64,000 nucleotides of DNA. Origin: a bacterium. Its GTDB lineage: Bacteria; RBG-13-61-14; DATKZS01. Where the stretch lies: positions 18,696 through 82,695 of the forward strand of contig JAWOBU010000017.1 of the NCBI GenBank assembly GCA_046484135.1, read 5' to 3'. Position numbers and translations under genes: made by a program. Under the pieces are notes generated by a model, which did no database searches, had not been told where the DNA came from, and was given only the letters and a program-made list of their open reading frames with translations. Of the stretch, positions 1 through 10,291 are shown piece after piece (positions within the stretch are counted from its first letter, which is position 1; every line of letters begins with the position of its first letter).

Positions 1-264
1 TCCCCAGCAGATGTTTTTTGCTCCTTTCCCTGTCCGGTCTTTCCCCGACGCCGGCGTCAAACAAAGCCAATTTCCGGCGGAGCTCTTCAGACAAAATCCG
101 TGAATATCAGGCAGATACAAACTAGCTTCTGTTTAAACCGGCCGGTTTGTAAAAGCACCGCCCTTCAGTTTTGGAATAACCGGGGTTGACCAATTTCTCC
201 TGTGATGCCGAGTTCCCCGGCGGTTCTCGGCAAAAATTTTTCGGGCAAATTTTGCATTTTTTTC

Positions 265-293
265 TTTACATCCTGGTTTTATTTTGATAGAAT
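265..293 (+). promoter_or_regulatory. sigma70-like promoter TTTACA-17-TAGAAT upstream of the HU gene
   Basis: tttaca at 265-270, 17-nt spacer, tagaat at 288-293, about 140 nt upstream of the ATG at 435. Confidence 0.45.
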
Positions 294-434
294 ATTGTCT
301 GAAAATCGGGTGAAGCGGATATGTTCGGGGGATTCAGCGGAAGGCGGAAGGCAAGGGAAGCGCTGGGTTAGGATATAGGCGCGAGGTGGACAAGAGGATC
401 AGAGTAGAAAACCTATACAGGAAAGGAGAGCGAC

Positions 435-704
435 ATGACCAAGGCAGAATTAGTGGATCAGGTAGCAAAGGCCACCGGGCTCAGCAAAAAGGACTCCGAG
501 GCAGCGCTGGATACGACCTTTGACATCATCAAGAAGAACATCAAGAAGGAGAGCAGCTTCCGCTATCCCGGCTTCGGCACCTTCCAGGTGAAGAAAAGAA
601 AAGCGCGCACCGGGATCAATCCCCAGACCGGCCAGAAGATCAAGGTCAAGGCTTCCAAGACCGTGGGCTTCAAGCCGGCCCAGGCGTTTAAAAGCAAGCT
701 CTAA
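435..704 (+). CDS. hup: HU/IHF-family nucleoid DNA-binding protein
   Basis: 89 aa; MTKAELVDQVAKATGLSKKDSEAALD...RYPGFGTFQVKKRKARTGINPQTGQKIKV is the canonical HU fold signature. Confidence 0.9.
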   Translation: MTKAELVDQVAKATGLSKKDSEAALDTTFDIIKKNIKKESSFRYPGFGTFQVKKRKARTGINPQTGQKIKVKASKTVGFKPAQAFKSKL

Positions 705-726
705 ACACAAAACCGACCGATTAAAA

Positions 727-756
727 AAGGCCCCCCCCAAGGAGGGCCTTTTTTAG
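727..756 (+). terminator. Rho-independent terminator of the HU gene
   Basis: GC hairpin aggcccccccc/ggagggcct followed by TTTTTT directly after the stop. Confidence 0.6.
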
Positions 757-1360
757 TTTGCCCAGCGAAGCGGGCAAACCCGGCCTGCTGAAAGATGCGG
801 GCGTTGCCCCGACCAGGGGGAAGACAATCCGAATCGCAAGGGCGTCATGGTGACATGGGTCTGAAGGAAGCGACAGGAAGTGAGCGGCACACAGCGCAAG
901 CGAACCTCATTCGGCGGCGCAGGCGGGTAAGCGTGCTAAATAGCGTGAGGCCGGATTCATGGCGATGAGACAAGGATAAACAGGAGCCGTATACGAGGCC
1001 CGTACGTACGGTTCTGTGAGAGGGCTTGGGCGGGCACGATCAACCAGCCTCACCCTACTCGATCCGCGCCCGCGAGCGCAAAGACAAGCAAAGAAAACGT
1101 AAGAACAAGACTTGCAACTTTCTTCATGGTTCTCCTTATTACCCAGACGATGTTTTATGCGACACTTCTTCTGCCGGCCGAGCGGGTATGATAACATGAC
1201 ACGATCTTCGGAGAGCTTCTTGGAAAAGGAAGAAGATTGAGATGGAGGCGAAGTCTCTGGATAGCGGGGACGATCTCCCGTTTTGTTTTATCGAGACCTG
1301 GAGGTCTCTCCCGCTTTTTATCTTCGCTTTTTGCAAGAAGCTTCGGACATTAGGCAAAAG

Positions 1361-3025
1361 ATGCGGACAGTAGAGCTAGAAGGAGTGGGTTTCAAGTACC
1401 TGCGCTCAGAAGACCGGGCGCTGCGGAAGATAGACCTGTCCTGTGCCGAGGGCGAGCGGACAGCGATCATCGGCAGGACCGGCGCGGGCAAGTCAACCCT
1501 TCTCCGGTGCTGCAACCGACTGGTTCCGGCGAGCTACAAGGGAGAATTCCAAGGCACCGTCCGGCTTCTCGGTGAGGACGTAAGTGATAAAAAGCCGTTC
1601 GAGCTCGCGGCAAAGGCGGGCATGGTTTTACAGGACTTCGAGAGCCAGCTTTTCTCGACCACCTGCGAGCAGGACGTGGCGTTCGGGCCGGAGAACCTGG
1701 GACTTCCCCGCGATGAAATCAGACAACGGATCACTAACTCCTTGCGCGCTGTGGGGCTTGAAGACCTGCGCCGCCGCGATTCATCCACCCTGTCCGGCGG
1801 GCAAAAGCAGAGGCTGGCCATAGCCTCCGTGCTTTCGTTGAACCCTTCAGTGCTGCTTTTGGACGAGCCGGTTACCGACCTGGACGCGGAAGGAAGGGCG
1901 GACATAGAGTCGCTCACCGAAGATCTCTGTCAACAGGGCTTCACCGTAATCATGGCCGAGCATGAAACCGGCCTCCTCCAGCACGCGGACCGTCTTATCG
2001 GCCTTGATGGCGGAGACAAAGTCCTGGACGCGCCTTGCCGCGAGGTGTTGTGGAAGCCGGCCGAGCTCGAGCGGCTGGGGGTAAGACCGCCCGACCTGGT
2101 CGTCATCATGGACGGCCTCGGTCTTTCCGAAAGGCCGAGGGACATAAACGAAGCCGGGCGGCTCTTGCACGAGAAGGGGTTTACTCTGGAAACATTGCAA
2201 GAGGCTGAAGGCGCAGGGAACCAAGGGCCGCCTCTCATAAGCATGGAGGACGTTCATCACACCTATCAAAACGGAGTAGAAGCTTTGTCCGGCATAAGCC
2301 TTGATATCAAGGAAGGCGAGTTCGTGTCGGTGCTCGGCAGGAACGGCTCGGGCAAGACCACGCTGGTAAAGCATATTAATGGTCTTCTAAAGCCAATCCG
2401 AGGTGAAGTAAAAGTAGATGACAAAGACACGCGGGAGGCGCGGGTGAGCGAGCTTGGCCGCATGGTCGGGTTTGTTTTCCAGGACCCGGACCACCAGATA
2501 TTCGCGGGCCGGGTGTTTGACGAGGTCGCGTTTGCGCCGCGCAACTTCGGCTTCGGGGAGAGCGAGGTGAGGGAAAGGGTCGGCCGGTCGCTGGAGCTGG
2601 TGGGCTTGTCTCATAAGGAAGACGCCGATCCTTTCCTGTTGACCAAGGGGGAAAGACAAAGGGTTGCCTTGGCTTCGATCATTGCCGCGGACCCGCCGGT
2701 GATAGTCATGGACGAGCCCACCACCGGCCTTGATTACCCGGCCCAGCGCGCGGTCATGGACCTGCTGAAAGAGCTCAACCACAAAGGAACCACCGTGATC
2801 ATGATTACCCACGCCTTATGGGTAGCAGCGGAGTACGCTGACCGTTGCGTTCTTCTTCATGAAGGCCGGGTTTTAAAGGAAGGCCCTGCCCGGCTGGTGC
2901 TGACCGAACAAGAGTTGTTGAACAAGGCGGGACTGGCTATGCCGGAGGCCGCGGCGCTCGGCCTTGCCATGGGCGGTCGCGTTCTCACGGCAGAGGAATT
3001 TCTGGCCGCAACAAAAAAGGAGTAG
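1361..3025 (+). CDS. ECF-type ABC transporter ATPase with two fused ATP-binding domains (EcfA1-EcfA2 / CbiO-like). Alternative TTG start at 1283
   Basis: Two Walker A motifs (GRTGAGKST, GRNGSGKTT), two ABC signatures (LSGGQKQR, LTKGERQR), two Walker B (LLLDEP, IVMDEP). ATG at 1361 gives MRTVELEGVGFKY. Confidence 0.85.
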   Translation: MRTVELEGVGFKYLRSEDRALRKIDLSCAEGERTAIIGRTGAGKSTLLRCCNRLVPASYKGEFQGTVRLLGEDVSDKKPFELAAKAGMVLQDFESQLFSTTCEQDVAFGPENLGLPRDEIRQRITNSLRAVGLEDLRRRDSSTLSGGQKQRLAIASVLSLNPSVLLLDEPVTDLDAEGRADIESLTEDLCQQGFTVIMAEHETGLLQHADRLIGLDGGDKVLDAPCREVLWKPAELERLGVRPPDLVVIMDGLGLSERPRDINEAGRLLHEKGFTLETLQEAEGAGNQGPPLISMEDVHHTYQNGVEALSGISLDIKEGEFVSVLGRNGSGKTTLVKHINGLLKPIRGEVKVDDKDTREARVSELGRMVGFVFQDPDHQIFAGRVFDEVAFAPRNFGFGESEVRERVGRSLELVGLSHKEDADPFLLTKGERQRVALASIIAADPPVIVMDEPTTGLDYPAQRAVMDLLKELNHKGTTVIMITHALWVAAEYADRCVLLHEGRVLKEGPARLVLTEQELLNKAGLAMPEAAALGLAMGGRVLTAEEFLAATKKE

Positions 3026-3049
3026 AAGGGGGGACCAAGACAAGTAAAG

Positions 3050-3829
3050 ATGTCGTTTGTCTTCTATATCGAGCGGGAGAGCTTCTTTCACCGGCTGCAC
3101 CCGGTAACCAAGATAGTTCTGCTTGTTCTCGGGTTTGCCGCGGCGCTGGTGCTGGAGCGTCCTTTGTATATCCTTTTGCTCTGGCTCATCTTCGCCTGGG
3201 CGGCAAGAGGCACGGGAGTGTTCCAGAGCCTCCGCCGGGTGTGGTGGCTTCTGTTCTTGATTGCGCTGGCGAGCTTCGGCATCTGGAGCGTCGCATACCA
3301 TGGAAAGACCGTTCTCTTCGAGCTCGGGCCTTTCAGCGCAACCAGGGAAGGAATGCTCTTCGGCGCGGGTATGGGGCTTCGTCTCGACCTTATGATCTTC
3401 TGCGGGCTCGTATTCCTGGCCACCACCACGGTCGAGGACTTCACTTACGGGCTCACCAGGATGGGGCTGCCCTTCCCGGTCAGTTTTTCACTGTCCCTCT
3501 CCTTCCGGCTGGTGCCCCTGTTTGGGGACACGATAAAAAAGATCATGGACGCGCAAAAAGCACGCGGGCTTGACCTCGAGTCCGTGAACGTCTTTCGAAG
3601 GATGCAGGGGTATGTTCCGCTTTTGGTGCCGGTCTTTTCCAGCGCCCTGCGCAAGACCGACCAGCTTGCGGTGGCGCTCGAGTCGAAAGGCTTCGGCCTG
3701 CCCGGTCCGCGCGGAAACTACTTGGAGTACCGGGCGGGAGCAAGGGACGCTGGTGCATTGCTCGCCATGATACTTATCATCGCCGCCGAGGTCTGGATCA
3801 GGCTGCAAGGGATGGGAGCGGTAAGCTAG
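3050..3829 (+). CDS. ecfT: ECF transporter transmembrane T component (EcfT/CbiQ family)
   Basis: 259 aa polytopic membrane protein immediately after the duplicated ATPase. RBS aaaaaggag upstream. Confidence 0.8.
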   Translation: MSFVFYIERESFFHRLHPVTKIVLLVLGFAAALVLERPLYILLLWLIFAWAARGTGVFQSLRRVWWLLFLIALASFGIWSVAYHGKTVLFELGPFSATREGMLFGAGMGLRLDLMIFCGLVFLATTTVEDFTYGLTRMGLPFPVSFSLSLSFRLVPLFGDTIKKIMDAQKARGLDLESVNVFRRMQGYVPLLVPVFSSALRKTDQLAVALESKGFGLPGPRGNYLEYRAGARDAGALLAMILIIAAEVWIRLQGMGAVS

Positions 3830-3996
3830 CGCCATGTCAACCGCGACTGAAGCCGTTCGCACGGCTGGACGGCCTTGCTTTAAAATGGAGGTTCTTGTGA
3901 TATGATGAGGGGCGGTTTTACGGACTTGGTTTTACAGGCGGTGAACTGAAGGCCGGCGGAGTAGGGGCGCGGCCACGGCTTGAATGGGAGAGTTCG

Positions 3997-5811
3997 ATGG
4001 AAGAGAAGAGCATCCCCGAAAAATTCTACAAGATGTCACAAGAGCATCCCGGCAGGACCATTTTCCGGAACAAGGAGAACGGGGCCTGGCGCGACATACC
4101 GTGGTCCGAGGTCTCGACCGCGGCCACGGAGATAGCGAACGGGCTGGCCTCGTGGGGGCTGGCTCCGGGAGAGCGGGTGTCCATCCTGTCCGAGAACCGG
4201 CTGGAGTGGATTTACTGTGACTTGGGCATCCTTTGCGCCGCGGGCGTCACCGTAACCATATATCCTTCCAACCTTCCCCACGAGATCGAGCACATTGTCA
4301 ACGACTCGGGCTCGCGGTTTATCGTGGTCTCCGGCGAAGGCCAGCTTGAAAAGCTCGCGGACCGCAAAGAGACCATGCCCGGCCTTGCCGGAGTGATTTC
4401 CATTGACGATGTCAAAGACCCGGCAGATGATGTGCTTTCCCTCGCCAAGCTCCGCGAGAAAGGCCGCGACTACGGCGAGTCAAATCCGGACGAGATAAAA
4501 AACCGCGTCCAAAACATAGACCCCGACGACCTGTGCACCATGGTCTATACCTCGGGAACCACCGGACCGCCCAAGGGAGTGATGACAACCCACAACAACA
4601 TCCTGTCCGTGTACAGGGCCATGGACGAAATCTTGAGTATTGACAAGGACCATGACTCCACGTTGTCCATCCTTCCTTACGCCCACGTTTACGAGCGGAT
4701 CGGCGGGGTCTTTAACGGCATGTTCTCGGGCATCACCATGTCCCTTTGCGAGGGACTCGAGAAGATAGCGGAGAACATCCAGGATGAAAAACCCACCATT
4801 GTTCTGGGAGCGCCCCGCCTGTACGAGAAGATGTACTCCGCCATCCAGCAGAACATCCAGTCGGCCGGTCCCGTAAAGCGGGGCCTTTTCGAGTGGTCGG
4901 TAAAAGCGGGCCGGGAAGCGAGCCCCTACCGGCTCTCCGGCAAGCCCATGCCTCTGGGCCTTCGAGTTCGAAACGCCATTGCCGGCAAGCTGGTCTTCAA
5001 CACCTTCAAACAGCGCTTCGGCGGCAGGATCCGTTTCTTCGTGTCTGCGGCCGCGCCCCTGTCCCGCGAGATCATCGAGTTTTTCCACGCCCTGGACATC
5101 ATGATCATCGAGGGATGGGGCATGACCGAGACCAGCGCGCCCAGCACGGTGAACCGGCCGGACAACATCCGGTTCGGGAGCGTGGGGCAGGAGATTCCGG
5201 GCTGCGAGGTCTCGATAGCTGACGACGGCGAGGTCCTGGTGCGTGGGGACAACGTGTTCAAGGGCTACTACTCGAAGGACGGGCCTATCCGGGAGGACTT
5301 CAACGATGAGGGCTGGTTCCACACCGGCGACATCGGGAGGATGGACGAGGACCGGTTTCTTTACATCACCGACCGCAAGAAGGACATCATCATCACCGCG
5401 GGCGGCAAGAACATCGCTCCGCAAAACATCGAGAACACCTTCAAGAACGACCTTTACATCTCCGAGGCCCTGGTCTTCGGCGACCGGCGCAAGTTCCTGG
5501 TGGCACTGTTCACCCTGGACGAGGAAGCCATCAAGGAATGGGCAAACCAACAGGGCATCGCCTACAAAGACTTTGCCGAGCTTACCCAGAAACCCGAGAC
5601 CTACAGGCATATCGAGTCGCGGGTCCGGGAGATAAATAAGACCCTTGCCAAGCACGAGTCCATCAAGCGCTTCCGCATCATGGACCGACAGTTCGAGCAG
5701 GACGCGGGCGAGGTGACCCCCACCATGAAGCTCAAGCGCAAGGTCCTGAACGAAAAGTTCGCGCCGCTTTTTGAAGAGATGTACCAGGGATTGGAGGACG
5801 GGGTCCTTTAA
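3997..5811 (+). CDS. Long-chain fatty acid-CoA ligase (AMP-forming)
   Basis: 604 aa; AMP-binding motif YTSGTTGPPKGV; TGDIGRMDEDRFLYITDRKKDIII; C-terminal TPTMKLKRK. Confidence 0.85.
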   Translation: MEEKSIPEKFYKMSQEHPGRTIFRNKENGAWRDIPWSEVSTAATEIANGLASWGLAPGERVSILSENRLEWIYCDLGILCAAGVTVTIYPSNLPHEIEHIVNDSGSRFIVVSGEGQLEKLADRKETMPGLAGVISIDDVKDPADDVLSLAKLREKGRDYGESNPDEIKNRVQNIDPDDLCTMVYTSGTTGPPKGVMTTHNNILSVYRAMDEILSIDKDHDSTLSILPYAHVYERIGGVFNGMFSGITMSLCEGLEKIAENIQDEKPTIVLGAPRLYEKMYSAIQQNIQSAGPVKRGLFEWSVKAGREASPYRLSGKPMPLGLRVRNAIAGKLVFNTFKQRFGGRIRFFVSAAAPLSREIIEFFHALDIMIIEGWGMTETSAPSTVNRPDNIRFGSVGQEIPGCEVSIADDGEVLVRGDNVFKGYYSKDGPIREDFNDEGWFHTGDIGRMDEDRFLYITDRKKDIIITAGGKNIAPQNIENTFKNDLYISEALVFGDRRKFLVALFTLDEEAIKEWANQQGIAYKDFAELTQKPETYRHIESRVREINKTLAKHESIKRFRIMDRQFEQDAGEVTPTMKLKRKVLNEKFAPLFEEMYQGLEDGVL

Positions 5812-5850
5812 AAACCTGCGCCACCGGCTTTTCATAGACCGGCTTCCAGC

Positions 5851-5879
5851 TTGATTGTTACCGGTCTGTTTTGTATGAT
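5851..5879 (+). promoter_or_regulatory. sigma70-like promoter TTGATT-17-TATGAT upstream of the symporter gene
   Basis: ttgatt 5851-5856, 17-nt spacer, tatgat 5874-5879. Confidence 0.4.
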
Positions 5880-5919
5880 GAACGCTGGCTAGACAAAGAA
5901 TATCCAAAGGAAGCTGTAA

Positions 5920-7632
5920 ATGGAAGACACGGTACAACTTGCGACTGTTGATTACCTGATCCTGGGGCTTTACTTTGTTTTCGTGCTGGGGATCGGATGG
6001 TGGCTGAAGCGGTACATGAAGACCAGCACCGACTTTTTCCTGTCCGGCCGCTCGATCCCCGCCTGGATCGCGGGCCTGGCTTTTCTTTCGGCCAACCTGG
6101 GCGCCCAGGAAGTCATCGGCATGGCGGCCTCCGGCGCCAAGTACGGGATCATGACCAGCCACTTCTACTGGATCGGGGCCATACCCGCCATGGTGTTCGT
6201 AGGCATCTTCATGATGCCGTTTTATTACGGCTCCAAGGTCCGGTCGGTGCCGGAGTTTTTGAAGTTCCGGTTCGACGAAAAGACGCGGGGCTTTAACGCG
6301 TTCACTTTTGCGGCCATGACCATCCTGTCTTCCGGCATCTCCATGTACGCCCTGGCCATACTTTTCGAGGTCATGCTGGGCTGGAACTTCAGCTTCAGCA
6401 TCTGGATCTCGGCCATTATCGTGCTCGCTTACATCTTCCTGGGCGGGCTGACCTCGGCCATATACAACGAGGTGCTCCAGTTCTTCCTGATCGTGCTCGG
6501 GTTCCTCCCGCTCGTCATCCTGGGTCTTGCAGACATGGGCGGATGGGAAGGACTCACAACCAAGCTCTCCGAGATGGCCACTGACAAGGGATACGCCGCG
6601 GGCGCCTGGACCAATTCCTGGCAACACACCGGGGACGCGGCGCACAACCCCATGGGGGTCGAATGGTTCGGCATCGCCATGGGACTGGGGTTTGTGCTTT
6701 CCTTTGCTTACTGGTGCACCGACTTTCTGGTCATTCAAAGGGCCATGGCCGCGGACTCCATGCTCTCTTCCCGCCGGACGCCGCTTATCGCCGCGGTACC
6801 CAAGATGATCTTCCCGCTTCTGGTCATCGTGCCCGGGATGATAGCCATCGCACTCCAGCACAGCACCGGTTTCGAGCTTCCCTTGAACGAGGAGGGACAG
6901 ACCAACTACAACATGGCCATCCCCATGCTCCTGGTCCATTACTTCCCGCACGGTCTCCTGGGATTGGGGATCACCGCCTTGATGGCCAGCTTTATGTCCG
7001 GCATGGCCGGCAATATCACCGCCTTTAACACGGTATGGACCTACGACATCTATCAGAGCTATGTAAAGCCCGGCAAGTCGGACGAGCACTACCTGTGGAT
7101 GGGAAGGTTCGCCACCGTCTTCGGGGTCGTCTTGAGCGTCCTTGCCGCGTACCTCACCACCAAGTTCGACAACATCATGGACATGCTCCAGTTGATCTTT
7201 GCTTTCGTGAACGCGCCCCTTTTCGCCACCTTCCTGCTCGGAATGTTCTGGAAGAGGGCCACCGGACACGGCGCGTTTATCGGCCTTATTACGGGGACCT
7301 TGTCCGCGGCGCTCCATCACGGGCTTACTCAGCCCATCGGCTCGACCACGCTCTACAAGGGAGGCTGGCTGGGAACAGTGCTTCACGAGTATCCGAGCGA
7401 GATGGCCCAGAACTTCTGGACCGCTATCGTGGCCTGGACCGTGTGCTTCGTGGTTACCATCATCGTGTCTTTTATTACCCGGCAGTTGAAGAGCGACGAA
7501 GAGCTGAAAGGTCTGGTGTACTCGCTCACGCCCAAGATCAAGGAGGAGGGAGTGGCCTGGTATCAGAGGCCGGGTCTGTTCGGAATCATTGTACTTTTGG
7601 CCGCTCTTATCCTGAACATTATCTTCTTCTAG
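5920..7632 (+). CDS. Sodium:solute symporter family (SSS) transporter
   Basis: 570 aa, about 13 TM; SSS-like N-terminus YLILGLYFVFVLGIGWW...FFLSGRS and GLGITALMASFMSGMAG. Confidence 0.85.
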   Translation: MEDTVQLATVDYLILGLYFVFVLGIGWWLKRYMKTSTDFFLSGRSIPAWIAGLAFLSANLGAQEVIGMAASGAKYGIMTSHFYWIGAIPAMVFVGIFMMPFYYGSKVRSVPEFLKFRFDEKTRGFNAFTFAAMTILSSGISMYALAILFEVMLGWNFSFSIWISAIIVLAYIFLGGLTSAIYNEVLQFFLIVLGFLPLVILGLADMGGWEGLTTKLSEMATDKGYAAGAWTNSWQHTGDAAHNPMGVEWFGIAMGLGFVLSFAYWCTDFLVIQRAMAADSMLSSRRTPLIAAVPKMIFPLLVIVPGMIAIALQHSTGFELPLNEEGQTNYNMAIPMLLVHYFPHGLLGLGITALMASFMSGMAGNITAFNTVWTYDIYQSYVKPGKSDEHYLWMGRFATVFGVVLSVLAAYLTTKFDNIMDMLQLIFAFVNAPLFATFLLGMFWKRATGHGAFIGLITGTLSAALHHGLTQPIGSTTLYKGGWLGTVLHEYPSEMAQNFWTAIVAWTVCFVVTIIVSFITRQLKSDEELKGLVYSLTPKIKEEGVAWYQRPGLFGIIVLLAALILNIIFF

Positions 7633-7642
7633 GAGTTGGAAA

Positions 7643-7870
7643 ATGAACGTGGACATAAGATTTCCCATGGGGCTCATGTTCAGCATTACCGGACTGATAC
7701 TGGTGGTGTACTCCTTCTTGACCCCCCAAGAGATATACCGCCAATCTTTGGGACTAAACATAAACCTCTGGTGGGGACTGGCCATACTGGCTTTCGGCGG
7801 CGTCATGCTATACCTCGCGCTCCGCACCATGCTGGCCCGGAAGGCGGACACCCGGGACTCCGCTGAATGA
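7643..7870 (+). CDS. Small 2-TM membrane protein, symporter-associated (DUF4212-like by size and context)
   Basis: 75 aa, two hydrophobic helices, 10 nt after the symporter stop. Confidence 0.5.
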   Translation: MNVDIRFPMGLMFSITGLILVVYSFLTPQEIYRQSLGLNINLWWGLAILAFGGVMLYLALRTMLARKADTRDSAE

Positions 7871-8125
7871 GCCCTGCCCTCCCTGGGCCGTCAAACGCAA
7901 TTATAGCTCTCTGTAAAATAATGTAATACGTGCGAGCGGCGTGAGCCGCCAAAGACGCGCACTCCGCTATGATCATCCTCCTGATTTCCGAGGTCCCACC
8001 GCCTATGGCGCCCAGTATGGAGCCTTGCATCCGTCTTTCCCTGTCTACTCCTTCCCGACGAACTGCTCGGGTGTAAAAATAAAATCCGGGGCCATGGTTA
8101 GCTACTCCTTTTTCTCGTTTTGCAC

Positions 8126-8154
8126 TTGCCGGAATTAAACGAAAAGTCTATAGT
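8126..8154 (+). promoter_or_regulatory. Possible sigma70 promoter TTGCCG-17-TATAGT for the paralog pair
   Basis: ttgccg 8126-8131, tatagt 8149-8154. Confidence 0.3.
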
Positions 8155-8266
8155 GAGATAAACCCGAAACTTTTTCTAACTCACAAGCGTTCATGATTAC
8201 AAGCAGGGGCCGGAAAACATTTAAACAACGTATCCCGTAAATAACTCTACCTGCAAGGAGACAGCC

Positions 8267-10291
8267 ATGAAGAATCTTTTTGGTCTGCTGGCCGCGGTAC
8301 TATCAGTCCTGGTTCTGGCGATGCCCGTCCGGGCCGAGCTGCCGGAGTTCTCGGGTTCCTACCTTTCCATCCCCTGGGAGGACTTCAAAACCCTAATCGA
8401 AAAGCTGGCTGAAAAGGAGGCAGAGCAGGAAGAGGAAGAGCCGGTGCCTGCTCCCTTTGTGATCAACTCCGCCTCATATGAAGGCGAGCTTCTGGAGAAC
8501 GGCTCGGCAAGGTTCGATCTCGAGATGGAGCTGGTGGTGCTGGAGCCGGAGGCTTGGGTCATGGTCCCGGTGATCGCCGAGGGGCCTGCGGTGGAGGAGA
8601 TCAAGCTGGACGGCAAGCCGGTGCTGTCGCTTATGAAAGACGGCAGGCACCAGGTGCTATTGCAGGGCGCCGGTACTTACAGGCTTACCGCCCGTTTCTT
8701 TGTAGAGGCAAAGAACCGCGGGGGCCCGCAGTCGCTCGATTTCCGAATACCCCAAACGCCGGTAACCACGCTTTCCTTTACCATCAACAAGCCGGGCCTG
8801 GACATAACATCCCGAAATGCCGCCATGAGCCGGATAAACAACTATGAGAAGAGCACGAAGCTGGAAGCGGTGCTCGAGCCTTCCGAGCGGATAGCGCTTT
8901 CCTGGACCCGGAAGGTGGAGGCGCAGAAGGCCGAGTTGCGCCAGAACGCCCGGGTTCAATCCCTGGTGACCCTGGGCGGGCACCTTTGCCGGGTGCACTC
9001 GAGGATCAGCTACGAGATACTGCACCGGAGCGTTACCGGTTTCGAGCTGTCCCTGCCCGCGGCCGCCGAGGTCGTGGACGTCTCGGGCAAAGGCATTGCC
9101 GACTGGAAGACCGGTAAAGAGGGAGAAAATAAAATCCTCCGGATCTCCCTCGGTTACGAGGCGACCGGGAATTATGAGCTCTCCGTCAATTACGAGCTCG
9201 AGCTTCCTTCCGCTTCCGCCGGTTTCGATCTGCCCGAACTCGAGACGAGGGGAACAACGCGCGAGACCGGTCACATCGGGGTCATGGCCGGGACCAACAT
9301 CGAGGTCCGGGTGAAAGAGGCGGCCGGGCTTGCTTCCATTGACGTGTCCGAGCTTCCGTCATTTATCCGGGGAAAAGGCTCGCCGGTCATTCACGCTTTC
9401 AAGTACCTGGAACACCCCTGGCGGCTGGCGCTGGAAACCATCAGACACCGCGATATAGAGGTCTTGACCTGTACCGTAGACAAAGCAGCGCTCACGAGCT
9501 TTGTCTCCCGGGAAGGCGAGTTCGTAACCCGGGCCGTCTACACCATCCGGAACAACCGCGAGCAGTTTATAAAGGTAAAACTGCCGGAAGACGCGCGGCT
9601 GTTTTCTTCCTTCCGCGACGGGACGCCGGTACGGCCTTCGCGGGACAAAGACGGGAACGTGCTTATTCCGCTTGCAAAGTCAACCGGAGATTCCGGCAAG
9701 GCCAGGTCCTTCAAGGTCGAGATCGTCTACATGGTGAAGCTTCCCGAGCTTGACGAAGACAAAGGCTCGTTACAGCTCGAAGCTCCTTCCACCGACCTGT
9801 TGACCAACCTGTTGCAATGGAAGCTTTACGTGCCGGAAGACTACAGCTACGAGGTTGAAGAGTCCAGCCTGCAAGAGAAAGAAAGGGAGACCCCCTATAT
9901 CATGGGCCATGAAAGCCTTTTAAAAGAATATGAAGAAGCAGCTTCTAAAAGCGGGAAAAGAAAAGATGAAGGCGGCCTTCTGCTGGGAAAGTCCGCCCAG
10001 GTTCCCAATATCTATCAGTACGAAAAGCAGAAAGCTTATACACCCGTATCCCTCCCGGTCCGGTTTATGCTGCCGGAGTCGGGCTTAGTGCTCGAGTTCT
10101 ACAAGGCGGTGGTGCAGGAAGGCGAAAAGAACTCCGTAACCTTGAGATATGACAAGCCCTCCGAGTTGTGGTCCAAGCTGTGGAAGGCGCTTGTTGCCGG
10201 GGGAGCGATACTGGTGTTGGTTGTGCTCTTCTGGATCATTGTCCAGGCGGAAGCGCGGGGCAGGAAGAGGGACCGGGAGGTGTTGAAATGA
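8267..10291 (+). CDS. Large secreted protein with C-terminal membrane anchor, unknown family (paralog A)
   Basis: 674 aa; signal peptide MKNLFGLLAAVLSVLVLAMPVRA; Glu/Pro-rich linker EEEEEPVPAP; beta-rich body; C-terminal TM helix LVAGGAILVLVVLFWIIV then basic tail RGRKRDR; RBS aaggagac. Confidence 0.7.
   Translation: MKNLFGLLAAVLSVLVLAMPVRAELPEFSGSYLSIPWEDFKTLIEKLAEKEAEQEEEEPVPAPFVINSASYEGELLENGSARFDLEMELVVLEPEAWVMVPVIAEGPAVEEIKLDGKPVLSLMKDGRHQVLLQGAGTYRLTARFFVEAKNRGGPQSLDFRIPQTPVTTLSFTINKPGLDITSRNAAMSRINNYEKSTKLEAVLEPSERIALSWTRKVEAQKAELRQNARVQSLVTLGGHLCRVHSRISYEILHRSVTGFELSLPAAAEVVDVSGKGIADWKTGKEGENKILRISLGYEATGNYELSVNYELELPSASAGFDLPELETRGTTRETGHIGVMAGTNIEVRVKEAAGLASIDVSELPSFIRGKGSPVIHAFKYLEHPWRLALETIRHRDIEVLTCTVDKAALTSFVSREGEFVTRAVYTIRNNREQFIKVKLPEDARLFSSFRDGTPVRPSRDKDGNVLIPLAKSTGDSGKARSFKVEIVYMVKLPELDEDKGSLQLEAPSTDLLTNLLQWKLYVPEDYSYEVEESSLQEKERETPYIMGHESLLKEYEEAASKSGKRKDEGGLLLGKSAQVPNIYQYEKQKAYTPVSLPVRFMLPESGLVLEFYKAVVQEGEKNSVTLRYDKPSELWSKLWKALVAGGAILVLVVLFWIIVQAEARGRKRDREVLK

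Noticed and set aside
757-1282. Cobalamin riboswitch, SRP RNA, RNase P RNA or tmRNA in the HU-ECF intergenic region
   Set aside because: No B12 box (GCCACUG), no SRP domain IV motif, and no RNase P P4 or tmRNA termini are recognisable. Left as unassigned structured sequence
4480-7851. 1123-aa minus-strand ORF antisense to the fadD and symporter genes
   Set aside because: Low-complexity Gly/Arg/His/Asp-rich translation typical of high-GC antisense frames. It overlaps two well-supported plus-strand genes
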